Of a stretch of 62,409 nucleotides of DNA, positions 1 to 8,845 are shown piece after piece. Source of the stretch: a virus (taxonomy: Duplodnaviria; Caudoviricetes); IMG/VR virus record IMGVR_UViG_3300042518_001073, positions 1 through 62,409 of that record; one strand, written 5' to 3'. Both the position numbers and the translations under genes were made by a program. Within the stretch, counting starts at the first letter, position 1. Each line of letters begins with the position of its first letter. The notes under the pieces are model-generated. The model made no database searches and was not told the DNA's origin. It was given only the letters and a program-made list of their open reading frames with translations.

Positions 1-2518
1 CCAGCATCGAACGCGCCGAGTCGATGTCGCGATAGCCCTCGGCTTCGGTCTGCTCCTGCAACAACTGCAAGAGCTCCGCGTCGCTCGCAGGGCCGCCCTT
101 CTTTCGTCCACCAGGCTTCACGGCTCCTGGAGACAGGATCACGTTGCCGAAACGGTCCGTGTAGTACCCGGCGTTCTCAGCGCCGCCCAGCATGGTTGGG
201 CCGAGGTTCGGGTTCTGCCCAAGTACCTGCAACGGGATGTTGCTCGTTGCAAGGCTTGTCGGTGTTTGGCTCGTGGGAACCGTGCCCGGGGTCAAGCCGC
301 CCGTGTTGGGATTGAAGAACGGCGTGCCGGTGCCCGCGCCAGGCATCGTCGGCAACGGAGCGGCTTGATATCCCGGAATGGGAATAGGCGTCGGCGTGTA
401 GAACCCACCACCCCCCGGCGGCGCGGTTACAGGAGGATTGGCCACGGGCGGTCCGCTCACGTCTGGCGGCATCACCGGCCCCCGGTCGGGACGCGAGGGC
501 AGCCCTCCGCCTGTCTCTGGGATCGGAGTGATCGGCGTGTTGCCACCAGGAAGTCTCGCGCCCGACGAACCACGGCCCCCGCCAATGCGACGGAGAAGAC
601 GGCCGATGTCGGTGTCCTCACCAAAGAAACTACCGAAATTAAACCCGCCGCCTCCGCGCGAGGGGCGTTCGTTGCGATCGTCAATGCCGTTTAGGTTACG
701 GTCAATGAAATCCATTGTGCGCACCGGGCCGCCACCCGGCACCGTGCCCCCACCTGCTGGAGGCTTGATATCGACTACAGGTGGAAGGATCGGGCCCGGC
801 TCATCAGGGGCAGGTTTACCGCCGCCGGTTGGAACTTCAATGCCGCCTCCACCGGAAGGCGGGGGCTGTGTGACAGGAGGCTGTGTTGGAAGAGGACTGG
901 TGACAAGCCCAGGAGGAGTAGCTGTTCCCCCGCCTCCGCCAGTGCCTGGGCCGCCAGGGCTCGGACGGTTTTTTTCTTCCTCGGCTCGGCGACGAGCTTC
1001 CTCTTCAGCTTGACGGCGAGCTTCCTCTTCGGCGGCACGGCGCGCAGCCTCGTCTGCAAGACGGCGCTTCTCCGCTTCCTCGGCTACTCGACGGGCTTCT
1101 TCAGCCGCTCTACGAGCTTGAGCATCTTGCTCTGCAATTCGGCGAGCTTCTTCCGCACGACGAGCTGCGTCTTGTTCAGCAGCTCTACGAGCGGCTTCTT
1201 CTTCGGCAGCTTTTCGCGCAGCGTCTTCAGCGGCCTTTCGAGCGGCTTCTTCTTCTGCTGCTCTTTTGGCGGCTTCCTCAGCCGCACGACGATTGGCTTC
1301 TTCTTCAGCGGCTTTACGAGCGGCTTCTTCTGCTGCACGGCGTTGTCCCTCCTCGTCAAATTGAGTCCCCGCCCCGGCGGTTGGCCCACCAGGCATGTAA
1401 CTACCACCGAGCCCAATGCCTGACATATTGATGCCGGTCGTAAGATTGCCGAATCCTGCGGCGTTGATCTTGGCCAGTTCTGCCAACTGCTCCGGCGTCA
1501 AGGTTGGCGTGGCTGAGGCGCCAGTGAGTTGTGAAAGATCCGCGGCCGCGCTTCCGGGGGCAGTGATCGTCTCGCTCTCTTCCGTACGAGGCGCACGTTC
1601 GCGTGCCTCTTGCTCACGAATAAGTGCTGCCGTTCGCTCACGCTCCTGCTGACGAACGATCTCCGCCGCGCGCTCGGCTGCGGCTTGCTCCTGTGCAACA
1701 CGAGCCGCTTCTTGACGCGCGGCTTCTTGCCTTGCCACTTCCTGTGCAGCGGCTTCTTCTTGCGCGCGACGTGCGGCTTCTGCCTCGGCGAGTCTGCGCT
1801 GCTCTTCGGCACGACGGGCTTCTTCGTCGCGGCGAGTGCGGACAGTATCTTCCCGTGCGACCGTCTCTTGCGCACGAGTGCGGGGCGTCGTTGCAGGCTG
1901 GACCTGTTGGCGCGGAGCTTGTTGCGCGGCGCGTGCTGCGGCAGCGGCTTGCTCTGCCTGCTGACGTGCAGCCGCTTCTTGTGCCGCACGTTCCGCTTGT
2001 TGTCTCGCGGCCTCTTGTGCAGCACGCTCTTCCGCTGCACGCATGGCTGCCATGTCCTGCGCAGCGCTGCCCGGACGGGCTACAGGCTCTTCCCGTTGTA
2101 TGGGGCGAGTGACCATCGTAGGACGCATCGTCCCCGCGGACGACGGGCCGGGGCGCACGGACAGTGGAGAGGCTTGCGGCTCAGGCTGGGCAGCGGGCTG
2201 CGTTACCGCAGGAGCGGCTGCTGCACCAAACAACGGCTGCGTCGCCGCAGGAGCGGAGAACGTCGGGGTCGGCTCAACAACAGGTTGTGCCGCTTGGTTG
2301 AGTTGGTTGAACTCCTCCAGTGCCGTCTCTGCCGCACGCGAGACACCCGGCTCGCGCGCAAACCGCGACGCGGCCTTGTATTCCTTCAGCTTGGTCTTCG
2401 GGTTCTTGGTTCCCGCGCCGCCGAGCTTCTTCAACAGATCACGGGCCGTGGAGCTTAAGTACGCAAGCTCGGTATCGCCGCCACGGCCAGCCGAGGCAAC
2501 CTTCTTGATAAACGCTGC
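1..2518. repeat. Imperfect terminal duplication (1-2518 vs 59784-62409)
   Basis: First 127 bp identical to 59784 onward; last 107 bp identical to 62303-62409; the interior differs by SNPs, indels and a swapped block. Confidence 0.95.
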
Positions 2519-2566
2519 GGTGTCCTTGCTGGACAACGGTTTCGACGACTTCTTGGCCTTCGGCAT
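1..2566 (-). CDS. Large low-complexity virion/cargo protein, allele A (5' part; frame runs off the window start and continues circularly at 59783)
   Basis: ATG at 2566 (MPKAKKSSKP...GRGGDTELAYLS...) is in frame with the 59002..62325 ORF homologue and open to position 1. It is probably missing from the ORF track because its stop lies outside this end of the window. Confidence 0.8.
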   Translation of the reverse strand, partial: MPKAKKSSKPLSSKDTAAFIKKVASAGRGGDTELAYLSSTARDLLKKLGGAGTKNPKTKLKEYKAASRFAREPGVSRAAETALEEFNQLNQAAQPVVEPTPTFSAPAATQPLFGAAAAPAVTQPAAQPEPQASPLSVRPGPSSAGTMRPTMVTRPIQREEPVARPGSAAQDMAAMRAAEERAAQEAARQQAERAAQEAAARQQAEQAAAAARAAQQAPRQQVQPATTPRTRAQETVAREDTVRTRRDEEARRAEEQRRLAEAEAARRAQEEAAAQEVARQEAARQEAARVAQEQAAAERAAEIVRQQERERTAALIREQEARERAPRTEESETITAPGSAAADLSQLTGASATPTLTPEQLAELAKINAAGFGNLTTGINMSGIGLGGSYMPGGPTAGAGTQFDEEGQRRAAEEAARKAAEEEANRRAAEEAAKRAAEEEAARKAAEDAARKAAEEEAARRAAEQDAARRAEEARRIAEQDAQARRAAEEARRVAEEAEKRRLADEAARRAAEEEARRQAEEEARRRAEEEKNRPSPGGPGTGGGGGTATPPGLVTSPLPTQPPVTQPPPSGGGGIEVPTGGGKPAPDEPGPILPPVVDIKPPAGGGTVPGGGPVRTMDFIDRNLNGIDDRNERPSRGGGGFNFGSFFGEDTDIGRLLRRIGGGRGSSGARLPGGNTPITPIPETGGGLPSRPDRGPVMPPDVSGPPVANPPVTAPPGGGGFYTPTPIPIPGYQAAPLPTMPGAGTGTPFFNPNTGGLTPGTVPTSQTPTSLATSNIPLQVLGQNPNLGPTMLGGAENAGYYTDRFGNVILSPGAVKPGGRKKGGPASDAELLQLLQEQTEAEGYRDIDSARSML

Positions 2567-2609
2567 GGCTACTACGCCCCCGCGGTGATTGGCCTTGACA
2601 TTCTAGTCG

Positions 2610-4076
2610 TCAATAGTATTCCGGTACAAGCGGCCGTCCCTGACCGGGCATGTCCTGGTAGTCCGTGTTCAACGACACGAAGTTGCCCTGACGGAAGCGC
2701 ATGATCGCCTGCGTCGTCGAGTCGACCATGTCGTCGTTGTCGCCGTTCGGGAATGCAGCGCACTCCTCGACAAGCTCTTCCGCCCAATCGGTGTCCGGGG
2801 CCCAGACCATTCCCGCCTCGAACACAGGGGCTACCGCATGCGCGCGGCTTACCTTGTCGGTGCCGGATCGCCGGCCACCCGGCGTGTACATCGTCACAGG
2901 AATGCCCATGCGACGAAGCTCCTGCTGCAACGTCACACCCGTTGCCTTGGCTTCGATCAGCACGTTGTCGGGATTCCAGCGCTTGTACTCGTCCTTCGCG
3001 ATCCGCTTCAGTTCAGGAAAGTCCCAACGCCCACGCACGACATCAAGCAAAACAATATTCGGCCCCGAGTCCTGGTTCGGATAAAACACACCCCAGGTCG
3101 TGATCACGCTATAGTCAGCGGTCTCCTTCTTGCTGTACGCCGTGTCGTAGCTCTGGATGATGTAGTTCACAATCGGGGGCTGCGGTTCAGGCCAGATCTT
3201 CCACCACTCGCGTTTCAGGATCGCGCCCTCGTCGTTCGTGGGCTGCTGCTGATACATCGCGTTCCACTTCTGCACGGAAAGCGAAGACTTCACGCCCTCC
3301 AACTCCTCGAGCGCCCAGAACTCCGGCCACAACGGTTTGCCAGACGGCAGGATTGCCGGGAACTCGATGACCTCCCACTTATCGGCGTTGTGGCTCGACT
3401 GAGCCTTGAGCAAGCGGGCCGTCAGATCCTTCGTGCCCCAGCGCGTCATGACGATGACGATCGCACCGCCTGGCTGGAGACGGGTTCGCGGACCGCCCTG
3501 ATACCATTCCCACGCGTTGTCCAAAGCCAGATCCGAGTACGCGTCTTGTTCCGAATGCGGGTCGTCGATGATGAGCAGATCCGCACCACGTCCGGTGACC
3601 GCACCGCCCACACCGACCGCGAAGTAGCTACCGCCATGGTTCGTGTCCCAACGGCCGGCAGCCTTGCTGTCCTGCTTAAGATCCACCTTCGGGAAGAGCT
3701 CTCGATAACGATCGGACATCATCAGGTCGCGCACCTTACGGCCGAACTTCACTGCGAGCTCTGCCGTGTGCGTCGCTTCAATCGTCTGCAATCGAGGTTT
3801 GCGCCCCATCAAGAAGGCCGGCAGTAGGTACGACGCGAACTCCGACTTCGTGTGACGAGGCGGCATGTTGATGATCAGCCGCTTCAGTGTTCCCTTGGCG
3901 ATACGATCAAACGCTGCACCCATGCGCCGATGGTGGTCGCCCAGGATCGCCTCGGGCCAGACGTACCGCACGAAGTCGATGAAGTTGTTACGCGCCTTGT
4001 CCTGCGTTTCCAGCAGCATCAGCCGGTATTCCAGCCGCAGCCGCTCTTCCTCAATGTCCTTCGGCACCGCGCTCAT
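2610..4076 (-). CDS. terL: Terminase large subunit
   Basis: Walker A-like MPPRHTKSE, Walker B LIIDDP, coupling motif MTRW, nuclease motifs YDTAYS and DDMVDS. Confidence 0.95.
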   Translation of the reverse strand: MSAVPKDIEEERLRLEYRLMLLETQDKARNNFIDFVRYVWPEAILGDHHRRMGAAFDRIAKGTLKRLIINMPPRHTKSEFASYLLPAFLMGRKPRLQTIEATHTAELAVKFGRKVRDLMMSDRYRELFPKVDLKQDSKAAGRWDTNHGGSYFAVGVGGAVTGRGADLLIIDDPHSEQDAYSDLALDNAWEWYQGGPRTRLQPGGAIVIVMTRWGTKDLTARLLKAQSSHNADKWEVIEFPAILPSGKPLWPEFWALEELEGVKSSLSVQKWNAMYQQQPTNDEGAILKREWWKIWPEPQPPIVNYIIQSYDTAYSKKETADYSVITTWGVFYPNQDSGPNIVLLDVVRGRWDFPELKRIAKDEYKRWNPDNVLIEAKATGVTLQQELRRMGIPVTMYTPGGRRSGTDKVSRAHAVAPVFEAGMVWAPDTDWAEELVEECAAFPNGDNDDMVDSTTQAIMRFRQGNFVSLNTDYQDMPGQGRPLVPEYY

Positions 4077-4168
4077 GAAAAGTCCGTTGCGTAGAAATTT
4101 GCACAAATTTTTGCACGAGTTGACAAGTTAATCAAAGGGGGTGGTTTTCCTTCCCCCGGGGTCGACGA

Positions 4169-4184
4169 TGTTCCACGTGGAACC
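4169..4184. promoter_or_regulatory. parS-like centromere site TGTTCCACGTGGAACC
   Basis: 14-bp perfect palindrome GTTCCACGTGGAAC matching the bacterial chromosomal parS consensus; intergenic. Confidence 0.75.
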
Positions 4185-4373
4185 AAAACCATTTTGCCGC
4201 TCATCCAATGTGTGAAATCGGGCATTAGCCCCCGAAGGCGAACAACCGGCCCGTTTTTTGGACCCGGCCCCCGTAACTCGTTGATCGGCCACGGGAAAAT
4301 TCGCCGCGGCGCGCGGCTCGCGGGCCAATACGTGCTGCCCTTGTAGGAAATAAACACTCAAAGAAATAACCAA

Positions 4374-4475
4374 ACACGGCCCGCGGACCACGGCCACGCG
4401 CCACGGCCCGCGGACCACGGATCCGGCCGGCCGATCACGTACCACGGGCACGGAATCACAGCTCACGGGCCGCGC
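4374..4475. repeat. Cluster of degenerate ~7-bp (NCCACGG) tandem repeats
   Basis: CACGG/CGCGG cores recurring every ~6-8 bp in non-coding DNA upstream of terL. Confidence 0.75.
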
Positions 4476-4640
4476 ATCGCGGCCTAGCTAGTCGACGGGC
4501 CCGGCGGGCGGATCCGGCCGGGCGCTCGAGCTCGAGGGCGGCCGACGGGCACGCCGAAGGGCGGTCGGCTCCCATACCGGCCGACGGGCGGCCGGGCCCG
4601 GGAAAGGGCGCCGAAGCTCGGGAACGGCTCCCAACGGGCG

Positions 4641-4672
4641 CAAAAAAAAAGGGCCGGCGCATGGCCGGCCCT
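4641..4672 (-). terminator. Intrinsic terminator
   Basis: Minus strand GGGCCGGC-CATGC-GCCGGCCC followed by T9. Confidence 0.8.
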
Positions 4673-4701
4673 CAGTAGCACCAGGGCGAAAAACGGACAG
4701 G

Positions 4702-5388
4702 CTAGCCCGGGCGGCCGATATCGCCGACGACGTGGTGCCGGAGAAAGGATCCCGGCGGAAGCTCGCGGGCGAACCGCTCGAGGGCGGCCGCGTCATCGGG
4801 CGCGCCCTTCGAGCTTGTCGCGCGCCATTGCATGGCCACGTGGCCGCCGGATCCATAGCACCCGCCCGGCTCCTCGGTGCCAACGCGGCGAGCTTGCGAA
4901 CCGTGCGCCGTGAACACGACGACAAAGTCCCGATCGCCGCGGGCACACAACGGCTCGCCGTCGCCGCAATTCGAGCACGTGATATCGGACACTTCCGCCG
5001 GGCAGCGCACAAAGCGCACGCCGTCGACGCGTTTCGGAATCTCGACGCCGGCGCCGATCGTGAGCGTAGTTGGCCGCCCGAGCTTGCGAGCTTTCAACGC
5101 GGCCGCGAGCGTATCGGCCGAAAAATTGATCACGGTTTCACCGGCGGCCGGGGCCGGAAGCTTCGCGGCCGGAAAATGCGAGTAAGTCCACGCGCGGCCG
5201 TTCCGTGGCACGGCCCGCCGAAGGGCGGCCAGATATCCGCGATCGATAGCACCGGCGGCGGCGGCCGGTTGCGGATTCAACGGGCACGTGCGCGGGCACG
5301 TGGAAAATACGTTGGAAGCGCCGGCGCGGTACGTCACCGCGATCGGGCCAGTCTTCGAGTTTGCGGACACTTTCACAGTCTTAAGCAT
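4702..5388 (-). CDS. Cys-rich DUF7227/GP88-like early protein
   Basis: SANSKTGPIAVT, TCPRTCP, WTYSH, CPAE-CSNC-LC, FTAHG, RHHVVGD; ATG 5388 after an AGAAAGGAG RBS. Confidence 0.65.
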   Translation of the reverse strand: MLKTVKVSANSKTGPIAVTYRAGASNVFSTCPRTCPLNPQPAAAAGAIDRGYLAALRRAVPRNGRAWTYSHFPAAKLPAPAAGETVINFSADTLAAALKARKLGRPTTLTIGAGVEIPKRVDGVRFVRCPAEVSDITCSNCGDGEPLCARGDRDFVVVFTAHGSQARRVGTEEPGGCYGSGGHVAMQWRATSSKGAPDDAAALERFARELPPGSFLRHHVVGDIGRPG

Positions 5389-5444
5389 GGCGAGAAATTC
5401 TCCTTTCTGGCCGGGCCGCCATGGCCCGGTTCGGAGAGTGTCGC

Positions 5445-5477
5445 AAAAAAGAAAGGGCCGGCGCAAGGGCCGGCCCT
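5445..5477 (-). terminator. Intrinsic terminator, near copy of 4641-4672, overlapping a possible promoter
   Basis: GGGCCGGC stem followed by TTTCTTTTTT; TTGCGC-N18-GACACT overlaps it. Confidence 0.75.
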
Positions 5478-5502
5478 CGAGTAGCGCCCGGGCGCTCGGG
5501 AT

Positions 5503-6603
5503 CTAGGCGGCCAGATCCTCGAGAATGGCGCCGGCCGTCGCTTCGAATTCGACGCGCTCGGCGGTCCACGGAATCGAGCGAGCGTAGGCCGTGGCGCCCG
5601 TTACCGCATCCCATGCGGACTCGATCGGGCGGCCCTCTTCGGCCATGTGCACGGTTTTAATCCGATCGGCCACGCGCGGCCCGAATCGTGACGCCAAAAA
5701 CGCGTCGACCTTTTCGAGCTTCGAAGCTTGCGCCGTGCGCAGAATGTTCGACACGTTCGAAGCGCTCGCGCGTGAGTACTCGAGGAGCGCCGGGGCGGCC
5801 TCTTCGATGAACCGATCGGGCGCGCTCGCCGTGTGTCGAATCGAGATCTCCTCGAGCTCATGGGCGCCCCACACGATACGGTTGGCGCACACGTAGTCGA
5901 AAAGAAAGGTTTTTATTTTGAGCGCACCGGCGCCGGTTTCCGAATTGGTGACGAAAAACCCGCGGGCAAGCTCGCCGGTCTTACCGTCGCGCCGGTTCGG
6001 AAGCTCTATCCGGTTTTTCTCATCGGCGAGGAACACGAACATATCGCGATCGCCGGCGAATAGCGTGGTGTTCGCCGTGGTGACTTGCGAGAGCTCGCGG
6101 CCGAATTCCCCCGGCACGCGGAAGTCACCCGTCACACCATCGCCGAAGCGATCCTCGAGGGCGCGCACTACGTCGACATTCCAAATGCGCCCGTAGCGCG
6201 GGCCCGTGGCGGCCCGAAGCTCGAGCTCAGAAGTGCCCGGGCGCCGAGTGAGTAGCACGCCGGTATCGATCGCGTCACGTTCAACGCGTAGGCCGTAGTT
6301 CAGACAATCGGCCGCGAGAGGCGCCGGGAGTGTGCGCAAGTAAGCGCCCGGGGCGCCGGAGAGATTCGCCAACTGGCCAAAGGCCCAGTTAGTCGGGGCA
6401 GCCGCGCGGCCGTTCGGGCCCTCGATCACAATTCCGCGATTGTCGGCCGTCGGGATCGCCGAGAGTTGGCGTGAGCTGATCACCTTCGCGGATGAGTACG
6501 CGCGGAGCTCTTCGAGCTTTTCGCGCATCGCGGGCAGACTGGTGAAGCGCTCCTCGAGAGGGCGGGTCGACCATTGGCGGGAAGCTTGCATTAACTCAGA
6601 CAT
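5503..6603 (-). CDS. DUF932-family (phage/plasmid early) protein
   Basis: GFFVTNSETG...FDYVCANRIV...IRHT motif; strong RBS. Confidence 0.8.
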   Translation of the reverse strand: MSELMQASRQWSTRPLEERFTSLPAMREKLEELRAYSSAKVISSRQLSAIPTADNRGIVIEGPNGRAAAPTNWAFGQLANLSGAPGAYLRTLPAPLAADCLNYGLRVERDAIDTGVLLTRRPGTSELELRAATGPRYGRIWNVDVVRALEDRFGDGVTGDFRVPGEFGRELSQVTTANTTLFAGDRDMFVFLADEKNRIELPNRRDGKTGELARGFFVTNSETGAGALKIKTFLFDYVCANRIVWGAHELEEISIRHTASAPDRFIEEAAPALLEYSRASASNVSNILRTAQASKLEKVDAFLASRFGPRVADRIKTVHMAEEGRPIESAWDAVTGATAYARSIPWTAERVEFEATAGAILEDLAA

Positions 6604-6651
6604 TGTCAGTTCTCCTTTCTAGTGGCCGGCACGATATGCGCCGGTGGCCCG

Positions 6652-6680
6652 AGTATGGGCTAACGGTCAGGACGTTGCAA
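6652..6680 (-). promoter_or_regulatory. Sigma70-type promoter for the DUF932 gene
   Basis: TTGCAA-N17-CATACT. Confidence 0.6.
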
Positions 6681-7013
6681 GGGTCGAAGAATTTCGCGCG
6701 ACTCGGGATCGAGCTCGAAGACTTCGCCGGCCGCGTCGACTCCGACGAAGGCTATTCCCTCTTCAGCTTCGAGCGACTCGCGCTCGATCTGCAAAAGTTC
6801 GGCAAGCTCTCCGCCCTCCGCGTCCGCGTCATGCTCGAGGGCCTCAAGCCGAAGGTCGATATATTGCGCGCGCTCTCCGTCCGCTTCCGCGTACGTGTCG
6901 AAGACTACGGGCTCCATGTCCGCGTCCGTCGATCCCTCGAGCGAAACCGACGGGCCGCAGAGCGTCTCAGTAACGCACGCCCACCCGGTGCGGACGAACT
7001 CCGGCGCGCTCAT
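6660..7013 (-). CDS. Acidic hypothetical protein
   Basis: 117 aa D/E-rich ORF, ATGA-coupled to the upstream gene. Confidence 0.65.
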   Translation of the reverse strand: MSAPEFVRTGWACVTETLCGPSVSLEGSTDADMEPVVFDTYAEADGERAQYIDLRLEALEHDADAEGGELAELLQIERESLEAEEGIAFVGVDAAGEVFELDPESREILRPLQRPDR

Positions 7014-7204
7014 CGATCGCCCTCCTCTTCGGCTTTCAGCGCCTTGATCTCTTCGATCTCCGCGTCGAGTTCCTCTTCGGTCATGTTGTTGAAGCCGACG
7101 AACCCCGTGAGCAAGTAATGCATGAGCAGCATATCTTCGTTGCCCTCGAGAATCCGGGTCATGGACTCATCCACCAAAAAATCGACCTTTTCATCACGTG
7201 TCAT
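7010..7204 (-). CDS. Small acidic hypothetical protein
   Basis: MTRDEKVD... with GGAGG RBS. Confidence 0.65.
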   Translation of the reverse strand: MTRDEKVDFLVDESMTRILEGNEDMLLMHYLLTGFVGFNNMTEEELDAEIEEIKALKAEEEGDR

Positions 7205-7226
7205 AACGCCTCCGATTGTGAGTGAT

Positions 7227-7958
7227 TCAAACATCTGCCCAACTAAACGTCCGCCCGAGCCCCTTGATGGTTTTTAGTCCGCGCTCACGCGCGAGCCGTT
7301 CCATCTCGAGAGCTTTGGCGTACAGATCCGGGTGTCGCTCGCGTAACTCGACGATCTCGTCACGCTTCGACGCCGGACAATGAAAGCAGCTCGATTTCGC
7401 CGGGATCGACAATCCGGCCGCGACGATCTCGAGCTTGCATCGATCACGATCCCATCCCCACTCGATCAACGGGAACCGATTTGTGTAACCGTCCGCCGCT
7501 TTGCCCTCCGCCTTAAATCGGCGAACGCTATCGCGAGGGCCGGCGTCGTAACCGACACATTGCGTAACGGTGAGGCCCTGCGCCCATGCGTCACGTGCCG
7601 GCTGCCAGTTCTTCACGAACTTTCGTTGCGGATCGATTTTCCACACGATCGAGCATTGATGCTGCCCGTACGCGAGAGCAGGGAGTACGCGATTGCGCAC
7701 ACAACTCTCCGAAAGGCTCCGATCGTTTGATTTCGGTCGCGGGTTCTTCACGACGGTGACGCGCGGGAATCCAACGCGATCGAGCCATCCGTTGATGACC
7801 TCGAGGTACGCGTAGGTTTCCGGCTTCTCGTCGCCCGTATCAGCGAAGAGAATCAGATCCGGCCGTTCGCCTTGTTGCCACAAGCCGACGAGCATGGCCG
7901 TCGAATCAACGCCCATGCCGTAAGCCACCACTAGCGGGTTTCGTGCAATCGGTTCCAA
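7227..7958 (-). CDS. PAPS-reductase-family (adenine nucleotide alpha-hydrolase) protein
   Basis: PP-loop AYGMGVDS, FADTGDE, WKIDP, FPLIEWGW, KSSCFHCP; probable TTG start after AGAAAGGAGAAAGG. Confidence 0.8.
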   Translation of the reverse strand: MEPIARNPLVVAYGMGVDSTAMLVGLWQQGERPDLILFADTGDEKPETYAYLEVINGWLDRVGFPRVTVVKNPRPKSNDRSLSESCVRNRVLPALAYGQHQCSIVWKIDPQRKFVKNWQPARDAWAQGLTVTQCVGYDAGPRDSVRRFKAEGKAADGYTNRFPLIEWGWDRDRCKLEIVAAGLSIPAKSSCFHCPASKRDEIVELRERHPDLYAKALEMERLARERGLKTIKGLGRTFSWADV

Positions 7959-8023
7959 TTCCTTTCTCCTTTCTGCGGCCAGAGGCCGAATCGAATCCTC
8001 GTACAACGGGAACGCCCTGTCAA

Positions 8024-8176
8024 CTATTTGCGATTCCTTCCATGCAGTATCGTCTGCCAGATCATAAACAGGATGAACTTAAACATATTTTTCTTTGGTG
8101 GGTCTTCCTCGAGCTTGATCGAGCCGGACGGAAACTGTTCTACGATCCTCGAGGCGTACCGATCACGCCGCGTCAT
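8024..8176 (-). CDS. Small hypothetical protein
   Basis: MTRRDRY... with RBS, overlapping the upstream gene. Confidence 0.45.
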   Translation of the reverse strand: MTRRDRYASRIVEQFPSGSIKLEEDPPKKNMFKFILFMIWQTILHGRNRK

Positions 8177-8351
8177 CCTCGGCCTCCTCAAGATCTGGCA
8201 CATCCTCGTATCGTGTGCACTCGCACTCGGGGCACACGTCCCCTTCAAACAACGTCACCCATTGCACGCCGATCCCGTAGTCGATTCGCTCGCGATCGAC
8301 CAAGTGCAACGGTTCTTCGAATTCGTGACTGCAACTGCTGCATCGATACAT
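8163..8351 (-). CDS. Zinc-ribbon protein
   Basis: MYRCSSC...CPEC; AGAAAGGAG RBS. Confidence 0.7.
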   Translation of the reverse strand: MYRCSSCSHEFEEPLHLVDRERIDYGIGVQWVTLFEGDVCPECECTRYEDVPDLEEAEDDAA

Positions 8352-8422
8352 AAAAACTCCTTTCTACTTTCTGGCTGGGACAACCCCAGAACCGCAACCC
8401 TAGTCGAACATCGCGCGCACCG

Positions 8423-8845
8423 TCAAGTGTTCATCAACTCGAGCTCGAGCATCGACCACGGCATCGTGCCGTAGTGCCATTCGGCCAGAGCGATCGTGTC
8501 CACGCCGGACTGCGCCAGCTCGAGCACCTGATCCCCGCGGTAGAGCTTGAGCACTCCCTCCTTCGTTGCCTCTTTCCCGTAAGGCACGAACAACACAAGC
8601 ACGTAGGTCGCGCAGCCGATTTCGGCGTGGCGGGAATGGAAGGCGATCTGGTGTGGCGACAGGCGCACCCGGCGCCCGTGCTTGACGACCTTCAGCTCGA
8701 CAGGGACGAACGTGCCCGATCGGGGCAGCGCGATGATGCAGTCGGGGATGCCGAGATTTACCCGCGACTCAATCCGGGTAATAAGGCAGTTTGATAGGTT
8801 TTCCTTCAGCCGCTGGTACAGCTTCGTCTCTGGCTTCGCCGGCAT
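8423..8845 (-). CDS. VRR-NUC/PD-(D/E)XK nuclease (resolvase-like)
   Basis: E...RIES...GIPD...VELK...LSPHQIAF. Confidence 0.8.
   Translation of the reverse strand: MPAKPETKLYQRLKENLSNCLITRIESRVNLGIPDCIIALPRSGTFVPVELKVVKHGRRVRLSPHQIAFHSRHAEIGCATYVLVLFVPYGKEATKEGVLKLYRGDQVLELAQSGVDTIALAEWHYGTMPWSMLELELMNT

Noticed and set aside
1-2518. Physical direct terminal repeat
   Set aside because: The copies are diverged internally and identical only for k-mer-sized ends; true DTRs are identical
4374-4475. CRISPR array
   Set aside because: Short degenerate tandem units without spacers, and no cas genes
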